A DNA stretch of 64,000 nucleotides. It comes from a virus. Lineage: Duplodnaviria > Caudoviricetes. Shown here one piece after another: positions 21,263 through 30,238 of the stretch. A program made the translations under genes and the position numbers. The notes under the pieces are model-generated. The model had not been told where the DNA came from and made no database searches. It saw only the letters and a program-made list of their open reading frames with translations. The stretch covers positions 32,001-96,000 of the IMG/VR virus record IMGVR_UViG_3300029305_004606; one strand, written 5' to 3'. The first letter of the stretch is position 1. Each line of letters begins with the position of its first letter.

Positions 21263-21886
21263 ATGAAACATAGAAGACGATACACTTCAGTAGAAAGTGT
21301 TTTAGATATTTATGATCATAATAGATGCTGGTACTATATTCCTGGCTTTAATGGATATGAAGTATCTAACGATGGTTATATTCGTTCTATGAAACATTAC
21401 TTAAGATATCCTTATGGAATTCTCATTAGTCCAGTTACAAGAGAACCTTATGGATCTAGTTGTGATCCATTATTTGAAATCTCTGATGATAATAATGTAA
21501 GAAGAAGAATTAGATTGTCTCAATTAATTCATCTTGCTCATACAAGTAATTATCATGCAGCTGGATATCCTAGAGCTACTATTATTACAGATAATACCTC
21601 TAGAAATAAATATGTAAAAAATCAAAATGGAGCATATGTGAAGGTTTATAATGGTAATAAACCAGGTGGAGGTAGAAAATCATTTACTATACCACCTATG
21701 GATAATTCTGTACACTATGCAAAATTTACTATCATACAAGAAGGGAACGAATTACCAAGAATGACTTATTGTCAACCTGAAGTACAAGTTCCAATAGAAT
21801 CAATCAAAGGAGACGAATATTATGGCAGAAAAGATTGTAGAGCGATCAGCCACCTCAATGTATGTGGAAGATCAGGCGAAGTATAG
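21263..21886 (+). CDS. NUMOD4-domain protein, possibly a degenerate homing endonuclease
   Basis: WYYIPGFNGYEVSNDGYIRS NUMOD4 motif; no clear HNH residues. Confidence 0.55.
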   Translation: MKHRRRYTSVESVLDIYDHNRCWYYIPGFNGYEVSNDGYIRSMKHYLRYPYGILISPVTREPYGSSCDPLFEISDDNNVRRRIRLSQLIHLAHTSNYHAAGYPRATIITDNTSRNKYVKNQNGAYVKVYNGNKPGGGRKSFTIPPMDNSVHYAKFTIIQEGNELPRMTYCQPEVQVPIESIKGDEYYGRKDCRAISHLNVCGRSGEV

Positions 21887-24188
21887 TATCGTTGCCAATA
21901 GACGTAGAGCAATTCCTGCAGTACAAGATGGATTAAAACCTGTTCAAAGAAGATCTTTATATGGAGCATTTAAGAAAGGTTTTAGAAAACCTAGTCAACA
22001 TGGCAAATCAGCTCAGCTTACTGGTCTGGTTATGGGCGATTATCATCCACATGGAGATAGTTCAATTTATGATGCTTTTGTTACTATGGCTGCTTGGTAT
22101 AAAATTAAATATCCATTAATGTATGGATATGGTAACTGGGGTAATGTTTCTGGAGCTGGAGCAGCAGCTCAACGATATACTGAAGTTGCACTTAGTGATT
22201 TCGGCTATGATGTTATGATTGACGAATTAGCACAATCAACAAATATTGTAGACTGGATTGATACTTATACAAGAAAAGATAAGGAACCTGAATATCTTCC
22301 AGCTAAATTACCTAATCTTTTAATTAATGGAGCATTTGGTATCGGTGTTGGTATGAGTATTAATGTACCGTCTCATAATGTAGGAGAAGTTATTGATGTT
22401 ATTATCAATCTTATCAAAAATCCGAATGCTAAAGCTGTATTAATTCCCGATCTTATTCAGGAATGTGATATTGTAAATACAGATTGGGAGGAAATTTCTA
22501 ATACTGGTAGAGGTTCTTTTAAAGTGAGAGGTAGAATTATTACCGAACAGGACAAGAACGGTAATTATACTTTAAGAATTGTATCATTACCTGATCAGGT
22601 TACTACTACATCAGTATATGAAAAAATCCTTGATATGATTGCTGACAAACAGCTCCCTATGGTTAAGGATGTATTCAACTCCTTACAGAATAAGAAGCCA
22701 AATATTATTATTAATTTATCTAAAGGAGCTGATCCTGGATATGTAAAGCAGGCTATTTATGCTAAAACTAAAGTTCAGGATTCAATCAATGTAAACTTTG
22801 AAGCAGTATCTATGAATGGTATTGACTTGGAGAGATTCTCATATAAGAAATATCTTATGGATTTTATCGATCAGAGAATGTCTATTAAATTTAGACTGTA
22901 TTGTAATCTACTTCAGCAGGTTATGACAAAACATCTTCAGATCGATGCATTAGTTAAAGTTGTTGGTTCCAAAGAATTTGACAAACTTATGAATATGATT
23001 CGTAAGTATAATGGAACAGATGCTGAGCCTATTGTTGAGTTTATGATCAAGAATTGTGGAGTAAGTGATATTCAGGCTAAATATATTTTAGCAAGAACTC
23101 TTCCTCAGCTTTCCAAAGGTCATCTTGCCGCATATATCAAAGAAAGAGATGAATTGCAGAAGAAAATTGATATTTACATGCAATATGTAACCGACGATGG
23201 AACTCTTATTAAGAATGAGATTATCGAAGAGCTTCAGGAATTAAAGAAGAAATATAATACTCCTAGACTCTGTACTATTGTTGATGCAAAAGAAAATGCT
23301 GATATCCCTAAAGGTATCTTTAAGGTTATTATTACAGAAAGAAACTATATTAGAAAGATTCCTGATGTAGATAAGATTGCTGTAATTAAGAAAGATAATC
23401 CTAAATTTATTCTTCGAGTTGACAATGCAGAGAATCTGCTTATCTTTGACAATAAAGGTAAAGTATTTAGTCTTCCGGTTCATAAGATTCCTATTACAGA
23501 TAGAAGTGGTATTGGTACAGATGTAAGAATTCTTATCAAGAACTTGACATCTAATATTGCTTCTGTTTATTATGAACCTATCTTTGATAAGATTAGCAAA
23601 GGAACAAATAAGCACTATCTTACAGTATTAACTAAGTCTAATACTATTAAGAAACTTGATATTGAAGATTTCTTAAATGTATCACCATCTGGTCTTATGT
23701 ATTCTAAGATTAGACCTGAAGATGAAGTTGTTGGAGTATCTTTGGTACCTCACAATCTTGACATTGCTATTTGTAGTGGAAAGAAAGTTTTGAGATGTAA
23801 ACTTAAAGATGTACCTTTGTATAAGAGAAATGCTGCTGGTTCTAGAGCTATGTCTAGTAATGAAGATATGACTGGATTATCAGTATTATATCCTGATAGT
23901 ACAGATATTGTTGTAGTTACAAAGAATGGTAAGTTTAACAGATTCAATATTGCTATGCTTACTTGTAGTGCAAGAGGTAGAAGTGGTAATAAAGTAATTA
24001 AGCTGGATAATAATGATGATATTCTGAATGTATTTGCTGTAAATGAAACTGATAAAATCAGATTACTTACAACAGATGGAGTTGAAGAGATTAATGTATC
24101 AGATATCAAAGTTAAATCCAGTATTGCTGCTGGTACTAAAATGGTACAAAGTAAAGGTGTTATTGTAAAAGCTGATGTTATAAGATAA
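21822..24188 (+). CDS. gyrA: type IIA topoisomerase subunit A (GyrA/ParC-like) with beta-pinwheel CTD
   Basis: RAIP..DGLKPVQRR, YHPHGDSSIY, catalytic AAQRYTE, C-terminal pinwheel repeats. Confidence 0.92.
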   Translation: MAEKIVERSATSMYVEDQAKYSIVANRRRAIPAVQDGLKPVQRRSLYGAFKKGFRKPSQHGKSAQLTGLVMGDYHPHGDSSIYDAFVTMAAWYKIKYPLMYGYGNWGNVSGAGAAAQRYTEVALSDFGYDVMIDELAQSTNIVDWIDTYTRKDKEPEYLPAKLPNLLINGAFGIGVGMSINVPSHNVGEVIDVIINLIKNPNAKAVLIPDLIQECDIVNTDWEEISNTGRGSFKVRGRIITEQDKNGNYTLRIVSLPDQVTTTSVYEKILDMIADKQLPMVKDVFNSLQNKKPNIIINLSKGADPGYVKQAIYAKTKVQDSINVNFEAVSMNGIDLERFSYKKYLMDFIDQRMSIKFRLYCNLLQQVMTKHLQIDALVKVVGSKEFDKLMNMIRKYNGTDAEPIVEFMIKNCGVSDIQAKYILARTLPQLSKGHLAAYIKERDELQKKIDIYMQYVTDDGTLIKNEIIEELQELKKKYNTPRLCTIVDAKENADIPKGIFKVIITERNYIRKIPDVDKIAVIKKDNPKFILRVDNAENLLIFDNKGKVFSLPVHKIPITDRSGIGTDVRILIKNLTSNIASVYYEPIFDKISKGTNKHYLTVLTKSNTIKKLDIEDFLNVSPSGLMYSKIRPEDEVVGVSLVPHNLDIAICSGKKVLRCKLKDVPLYKRNAAGSRAMSSNEDMTGLSVLYPDSTDIVVVTKNGKFNRFNIAMLTCSARGRSGNKVIKLDNNDDILNVFAVNETDKIRLLTTDGVEEINVSDIKVKSSIAAGTKMVQSKGVIVKADVIR

Positions 24189-24191
24189 TTT

Positions 24192-24234
24192 AACGTGGTA
24201 TAGAGTATTTCTACTCTATACCACGTTTTATTTT
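24192..24234 (+). terminator. intrinsic terminator after gyrA
   Basis: 16-bp perfect stem AACGTGGTATAGAGTA / TACTCTATACCACGTT plus T run. Confidence 0.8.
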
Positions 24235-24247
24235 TAAAGGAGTAAAT

Positions 24248-24571
24248 ATGAGAGTATTTGATATCAAAAATTGTATAATGTTGAAATCTTATAGTTTGTT
24301 TACATATAAATTTGCTTATTTTGATATTAAAGAAAATTATTTAGCAGATGACTTATTTATTAAATATAAAATAAGAGTAAAATTTGGTAGAGAATTTTGG
24401 AAAGATGATGATAAATATGCTTTGATAATGTGTAAAATTAAGAAACGAGATGTACCAAAATTTATACAAGCGATAGGAGAATTAGAAAATAAAGCTTTGC
24501 TTATGGGTTATGTAGATTATCCAGCTTTTTGTAAGAAAACAATAGAATCATTTAATCATAGAGAAAAATAA
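24248..24571 (+). CDS. hypothetical protein
   Basis: 107-aa ORF with AAGGAG RBS. Confidence 0.65.
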   Translation: MRVFDIKNCIMLKSYSLFTYKFAYFDIKENYLADDLFIKYKIRVKFGREFWKDDDKYALIMCKIKKRDVPKFIQAIGELENKALLMGYVDYPAFCKKTIESFNHREK

Positions 24572-24590
24572 TAAATCTTGAGGAGATGAA

Positions 24591-24845
24591 ATGAACAATA
24601 AACAAAATATTTCTACTATAGAAGAAACTATGACAAGGGCAGAATATTATAAATATATTGGTTTATCAGGATCTCCTATAGATAGACCAAATGATATAGC
24701 AGACGAAACTTTTAAAATTCATTGCAACCAGTTAGCAAATTTTGCTAATCAATTTATAGATTTTTGTAAATCTGAAGATAAAATATCCAATGGTATAAGT
24801 TTATCAGATTTTAAATATAATTCAAATGATAATAGAAAAATGTAA
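24591..24845 (+). CDS. hypothetical protein
   Basis: 84-aa ORF with GAGGAG RBS. Confidence 0.6.
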   Translation: MNNKQNISTIEETMTRAEYYKYIGLSGSPIDRPNDIADETFKIHCNQLANFANQFIDFCKSEDKISNGISLSDFKYNSNDNRKM

Positions 24846-24940
24846 AAGTTAGAAATTTGAATTATATAATATAATAATGAATAAAGATATATATTATTCA
24901 ACAAATGATACTATTATAAAAATACATGGAGGTGCTTTTT

Positions 24941-25366
24941 ATGAGCAAATTATCTACAGAAGAAAGATTACAAAAGGAAATCGTAAGAATTAGCCAAAGA
25001 AAAGAAAGAAATATTAAGGCTTACCAGAAGTCTATGTTCAAGAAATTCATTGGATATCATATTGTCACCGTATTTCAGGTAATCGTAGCCATTGTACTTA
25101 CATTGATAGCAATGTTTTCATTATGGAATCATTTTAATCCTACTCAGGATTACTTATATTTTATAGTAATCTATGCTGTTTTCGGTAATATGTTAAATAT
25201 GATATATTTTGGCATTGCTGGAGAAAGATTAAAGAGATACAAAAACATGACAGGATTAAAGATGAAATTAAGAGAAAGACAGATCAATGAGTATTTTGAT
25301 TACCAGATTCGCGATGAGTATGAACGTGCTGGATATGAATGGTATCTGGCATGGACAGAAGTGTAA
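24941..25366 (+). CDS. membrane protein with two predicted TM helices
   Basis: GGAGGT RBS before ATG 24941; two hydrophobic stretches; class A promoter at 24862. Confidence 0.65.
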   Translation: MSKLSTEERLQKEIVRISQRKERNIKAYQKSMFKKFIGYHIVTVFQVIVAIVLTLIAMFSLWNHFNPTQDYLYFIVIYAVFGNMLNMIYFGIAGERLKRYKNMTGLKMKLRERQINEYFDYQIRDEYERAGYEWYLAWTEV

Positions 25367-25491
25367 AGATAATATGAGAATAAACCCGAGAGATCGGGTT
25401 TATTTTTTGTTAAAAATAATATGTTTCACAACTCAATATTAAATTATAAGATTTAATAAAAATACTATTAGAATAGGAGAGATTTAACGAA

Positions 25492-26751
25492 ATGGCTATG
25501 GATTTAAAGTCACAGTTTAGAAGTAAACTGTCTAAAGTAAAAACGACCGGTGTAAATAGGTCAGCAGATTTCGATGTTATGTATACTACAGGATTCTTAT
25601 CCTTAGATTATCTCAATGGTACAGTGGTTCATGTCAACGGAGAAGACAGAAATTTTACATATAACTCTGTCGGAATTGTAGATGGTTCTGCTAATAGTAT
25701 TATTGGTCGTTCCGGTTCAGGTAAGTCTACATTGACTACTCAGATTGCTGGTAATATTGTAAGACCGTTTATCAAGAAGGGTCTTCCTACTGGATTATAT
25801 ATTGATGATATTGAGGGTTCTCTTCCTTGGGCAAGAAAAGAGTTCTTGCTTGGTTTAACAGCAGAAGAATTAGACAAGTATGTTGATATTCGCAATGCTG
25901 GCATTACAACAGAAAACTTATATCAGCGTATTCAGGCACTTCATGATGCTAAAGTGGAAAACAGAAAAGATTATGAATATGATACTGGTTTATATGATAC
26001 TAATGGTAGAAGAATTTTCAAACTTGTTCCTACTGTTTATATCATTGACTCTCTTCCTATGCTTATGCCTGAAAGTTTGGCTGAAGATGATGAGCTCGGT
26101 GGTTCTATGTCAGCATCAAGTATTGCAAAGTCTAATACTATGCTCATAAAAATGATCAGTCAGAGGCTAAAGGATGCTAACATCATCATGTTTACAGTAA
26201 ATCATATTCTTGATGATATTCAGATGGGTTTCTTACCTAAGCCTGCTCAGATTTCTGGTTTGAAACAGGGTGAAAGATTACCGGGTGGTAAAGCAGCTAT
26301 TTATCTTGCAAATAACATGTTTAGAGCAGACGATAGTAATACTTTGAAGAAGGATAAAGATTATGGTATCGACGGTTCGGTTGTTAATATTACACTTGTT
26401 AAATCAAGAACTAATGCAACTAAAAGAAGTATTCCCCTTATCTTTAATAAGACAGAGGGTAGATTTGATGAAATTTTGTCACTCTTCCATCTTATTAAAT
26501 CAGAAGGATTATTCAAAGGTGCAGGTGCTTACTTATATCTCGATGATTGTCCTGATATTAAGTTCTCTGCTAGAACCTTTAAAGAAGTCTTGGAAAATTC
26601 TCCGGAATTACAGGAAGCTTTTGCTAAAGTTGCATATTCACTCTTAAGAGAATTCTTATCGGATACGAGATCTATTTCAGAAGATAATTCAAAAGCTGCA
26701 GGTAATATCTCCAATTTATTTGATAAGTTCTCTATGGCTGGTTTAGAATAG
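25492..26751 (+). CDS. recA: RecA/UvsX-like recombinase
   Basis: TTGFLSLDYL, GRSGSGKS, IDDIE, IIDSL, PGGKAAIYLA, LVKSR. Confidence 0.85.
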   Translation: MAMDLKSQFRSKLSKVKTTGVNRSADFDVMYTTGFLSLDYLNGTVVHVNGEDRNFTYNSVGIVDGSANSIIGRSGSGKSTLTTQIAGNIVRPFIKKGLPTGLYIDDIEGSLPWARKEFLLGLTAEELDKYVDIRNAGITTENLYQRIQALHDAKVENRKDYEYDTGLYDTNGRRIFKLVPTVYIIDSLPMLMPESLAEDDELGGSMSASSIAKSNTMLIKMISQRLKDANIIMFTVNHILDDIQMGFLPKPAQISGLKQGERLPGGKAAIYLANNMFRADDSNTLKKDKDYGIDGSVVNITLVKSRTNATKRSIPLIFNKTEGRFDEILSLFHLIKSEGLFKGAGAYLYLDDCPDIKFSARTFKEVLENSPELQEAFAKVAYSLLREFLSDTRSISEDNSKAAGNISNLFDKFSMAGLE

Positions 26752-26803
26752 TGAATTATAATTTGATTATATAATATAAATATGTATAATCAGAGGAGGT
26801 ATT

Positions 26804-27220
26804 ATGTACATTAACGACTTTTATAATGTTATTGAGATTGATTCGATCATAGAACAGGTTATACGAGAAAAACGAATATATGATGTAAAGGATTTGCAAG
26901 ATTTGATAATTGTTGTTCCTTGTTTATATCATAGGAATGATAAAAGATATAATAATAACTTTATGCCTGAGCTATTTGACAAGGTAAAATATTTAGAGTT
27001 TCCTTACGAAACTTCTTATAAGTTCAAAGATTATCCTGAAATTAAAGTAACAGTATACGATGATTTTCCTGATAAAGTAGAAGATAAGAACGATAAGAAG
27101 CAGGTTGAGGAGGTTCTAAAATCTTATAAGAAAATAACTTGTGAAAGTTCAGGAAGTAAATTTATTTTTCAATCTTACTATAAATTTGTCATATATTCTA
27201 AGTATAACAAGAAGCAATAA
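26804..27220 (+). CDS. hypothetical protein
   Basis: 138-aa ORF with GAGGAGG RBS and class A promoter at 26767. Confidence 0.65.
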   Translation: MYINDFYNVIEIDSIIEQVIREKRIYDVKDLQDLIIVVPCLYHRNDKRYNNNFMPELFDKVKYLEFPYETSYKFKDYPEIKVTVYDDFPDKVEDKNDKKQVEEVLKSYKKITCESSGSKFIFQSYYKFVIYSKYNKKQ

Positions 27221-27307
27221 TAAATGATACTATGAGATAATACCTAGGGTATGTAATAATACCCTAGGTTTTTATAAGATGATATTACTAAAACTCGGAG
27301 GTTAAAA

Positions 27308-29533
27308 ATGGCAGGATTAGGATTTTCAGATAAGATAGCAGAGAATACTAAAAATCTCCAATCTATGGAACATATGTTGGGAAAAGGTCTTATGCAACCT
27401 TTTAATAACACAAATGCAGGATCAAGAAAGATAATGTTCTCAGTTCATAAAGAACATGTCTTTCCTCTTATGAGTGCTGAAAAAGCAATAATAGAAACTG
27501 GATATGAGATCAGATATGGTGATTATTCAAGTTCTATTACAAGAGCTGATACAGATTATATTGTAGTAGCAAAGATAAGCAAGTTTTCTTTTGCACCAAA
27601 TCATCATTATTGGTTGATTATTAGAGATACTAAATCTAATAAAATCGATGTTGTAGAAAGAATCTCATATCATTATGTAACAGAATCTTATGGATATCTC
27701 TATAATAATGAATATTTGGATTCTTTATCTATAGGAGATTATATACCTAACGGTCAAGTAGTTCAGAAATCTCTTGCATTCGATGAATATAATAATAGAG
27801 CCGATGGAGTAAACTTCAATGTTGCTTATATGGCTCTTGATGATAATATGGAAGACTCAATTGTTTGTTCAGAAGCAGCCCAAAGAAAATTAGTATCTCC
27901 ACTTGTAAAACCTGTAGAGATTACTATTAATGACAATGATATTCCGGTAAATCTTTATGGAAATGATAAGGTTTACAAAATCATTCCTGATATTGGAGAA
28001 GAAATTGTAGATGCAAATCTTATTGCTCTCCGTAAAGAGAAGAAAGAAGAATCATATTTTACTCAGTCTATTAATAACTTGAGCAAGATTATGATTTCTG
28101 ATGATAAAAAGAGAGTTCATGGTAGAGTTATCGATGTTAACGTATATTGTAACAATCCTGAGATTCTTGATTCTCATTATTATGCTCAAATTAAGATGTA
28201 TTATAATGAGCTTCACAGATATGCGAGAGAAATTGTACATGCAGTAACACCTCTTGTATCTGCTGGTTGTGATATGACTTATGAACTTGAGAAATTATTT
28301 GCCAATTGCAAACGTGTTATGAACAATGATATGTATATTGATAAGAGACCTTTCTCTAATATTATTCTTGAAGTGGATGTACTTGAAGAAAATATGATTG
28401 AAGCTGGAGACAAGATGTCTAACAGATATGGTGGTAAAGGCGTTATTTCTAAGATTCTTCCTATGGATCAGATGCCTAGATTTAAGAATGCTAGAGGTGA
28501 ATATGAATATCTCGATGTAATCTTCAATTCATCTACTATGATCAACCGCGAAAATACAGGACAGAACTTTGAATTATCATTGAACCATATTTCTGCAGAA
28601 ATTATCAATTATATAGTTGGTAATAACTTGAGCTTGGAAGAAGCTTATGGTTTGATTTATAAGTTTGTATCAATGTGTGCTCCAGAGCAGGCTGCTTATA
28701 TGGAAGAAAGAAGAAGATCTATGTCAAGAGACGAACTTATCTTCTATGTAGAATCAATTATCAATTCTGGTACTATTCATCTTAGTATCAAACCTATTTC
28801 TGAATCTATGGATATCGATAGACTCAGAGATATTTATGCAGCATTTCCATTTGTGCAGCAAAATCTTGTAGAGGTTCCTATTGAAGGTTCTGATGGAAGT
28901 ATCAGATATGTACCTGCAAGAAGAAGAATGGTAATTGGTAAGCAGTATATTTACAGATTAAAACAGTTTGCTGAAGAGAAGTTTTCTGCAACTTCATTGT
29001 CAGCAACTAATATCAGAAATGAAAATACAAAATCTAGAGTTAAGAAAGACTTTAGAGAATTGTATCCTAATACACCGATTAGATTTGGTAATATGGAAAC
29101 CAATAATATGGCTCATATCGGTGTAGAAGCTCTTATCTCTAATATGATGATTCATAGTTTATCTCCTCAGGGTAGAAGATTAGTAGAGCAGATGTATACT
29201 GGAGATCCGTTTAAGATTGATATTAAACTTAATAGTGATTCTAAGAATAGATCTGCAGAAATTGCTAATACTTATTTGAAGGCTATTGGTAGACGACTTA
29301 GATTTATCAAGAGAAAGAAGAACTTTTCACAAATTACTATTTCTCCTATTAGCTTTGACAGAGATCCTTATCAAAGACCAATTTCATTTGTTCCTAAAGA
29401 TCAAAGAGCAGGATTTGATTATGTGAAAGATTATGAAGAGAGACAGAAGTATGAAGAATTGAAGAAGAAAGCAGGTGCTTTTTCTCCGATTGAATTTGAA
29501 GGTATAGATACAAGGAGAGTTAAGGAGGATTAA
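27308..29533 (+). CDS. rpoB: phage RNA polymerase beta C-terminal half (non-virion RNAP)
   Basis: GVNFNVAYM...NMEDSIV, GDKMSNRYGGKGVISKI, RENTGQ, YIYRLKQ, PIRFGNME. Confidence 0.9.
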   Translation: MAGLGFSDKIAENTKNLQSMEHMLGKGLMQPFNNTNAGSRKIMFSVHKEHVFPLMSAEKAIIETGYEIRYGDYSSSITRADTDYIVVAKISKFSFAPNHHYWLIIRDTKSNKIDVVERISYHYVTESYGYLYNNEYLDSLSIGDYIPNGQVVQKSLAFDEYNNRADGVNFNVAYMALDDNMEDSIVCSEAAQRKLVSPLVKPVEITINDNDIPVNLYGNDKVYKIIPDIGEEIVDANLIALRKEKKEESYFTQSINNLSKIMISDDKKRVHGRVIDVNVYCNNPEILDSHYYAQIKMYYNELHRYAREIVHAVTPLVSAGCDMTYELEKLFANCKRVMNNDMYIDKRPFSNIILEVDVLEENMIEAGDKMSNRYGGKGVISKILPMDQMPRFKNARGEYEYLDVIFNSSTMINRENTGQNFELSLNHISAEIINYIVGNNLSLEEAYGLIYKFVSMCAPEQAAYMEERRRSMSRDELIFYVESIINSGTIHLSIKPISESMDIDRLRDIYAAFPFVQQNLVEVPIEGSDGSIRYVPARRRMVIGKQYIYRLKQFAEEKFSATSLSATNIRNENTKSRVKKDFRELYPNTPIRFGNMETNNMAHIGVEALISNMMIHSLSPQGRRLVEQMYTGDPFKIDIKLNSDSKNRSAEIANTYLKAIGRRLRFIKRKKNFSQITISPISFDRDPYQRPISFVPKDQRAGFDYVKDYEERQKYEELKKKAGAFSPIEFEGIDTRRVKED

Positions 29534-29552
29534 TCCTCCTTAACTCTTTTTA
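29516..29552 (+). terminator. palindromic terminator overlapping the stop codon
   Basis: AGAGTTAAGGAGGAT-TA-ATCCTCCTTAACTCT followed by TTTTT. Confidence 0.7.
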
Positions 29553-29582
29553 TTAATAATACCAGAAAGGATACTTTAAATC

Positions 29583-30194
29583 ATGAGAGTTATGATTAAC
29601 TTTTCAATTTTAACTCTTGGTACAGATGGTAATAGAATTAATAATATAATAAATACAAATTCTCAACTCCTACAATTTCAAAAGACTATTGTTGACTATA
29701 ATGATCAATATGCTTTGTCTACATATGACAAAAATACTATATTTGAAATTGCCAAGGATGTTGGGGATTTGGCAAATATATCGATGCAATCCGTAAAGCT
29801 TAAAGATTTTACTTTTTTCTACGAAGATTCGATTTGTTTTAAAGTTCAGGGTAGCAATATATACCAGCTGAATAATTTATCTGCTAATATTAACAAAGAA
29901 ACTATTATAAGAGGATTCAATATATCATTTCAGGAATATTTGGAGAGACAGATTATTACTGTAGAAGATTTTCGAAATGGTAATCTGACTGAAGATTTTA
30001 TTATATTGAATTTGTATGTTCTTGAAAAAGGAAAACCTTGTGCTGTAATAGAACCAGGTGAATTAAAAAGTAAATCTCCTCATCCTTGTTGGAATTTTGT
30101 TGCAAAATTAAGACGAAATGATTGCAGAAGATCTTTAAATGAAGAAGAATATACTGATGAAGATGATGAGAATTATAATGATGGCTGGATATAA
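29583..30194 (+). CDS. hypothetical protein
   Basis: 203-aa ORF with acidic tail. Confidence 0.65.
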   Translation: MRVMINFSILTLGTDGNRINNIINTNSQLLQFQKTIVDYNDQYALSTYDKNTIFEIAKDVGDLANISMQSVKLKDFTFFYEDSICFKVQGSNIYQLNNLSANINKETIIRGFNISFQEYLERQIITVEDFRNGNLTEDFIILNLYVLEKGKPCAVIEPGELKSKSPHPCWNFVAKLRRNDCRRSLNEEEYTDEDDENYNDGWI

Positions 30195-30238
30195 TTTCTC
30201 ATAGTTATATATTATAAATATGAGAAAAGGAGGTTATT

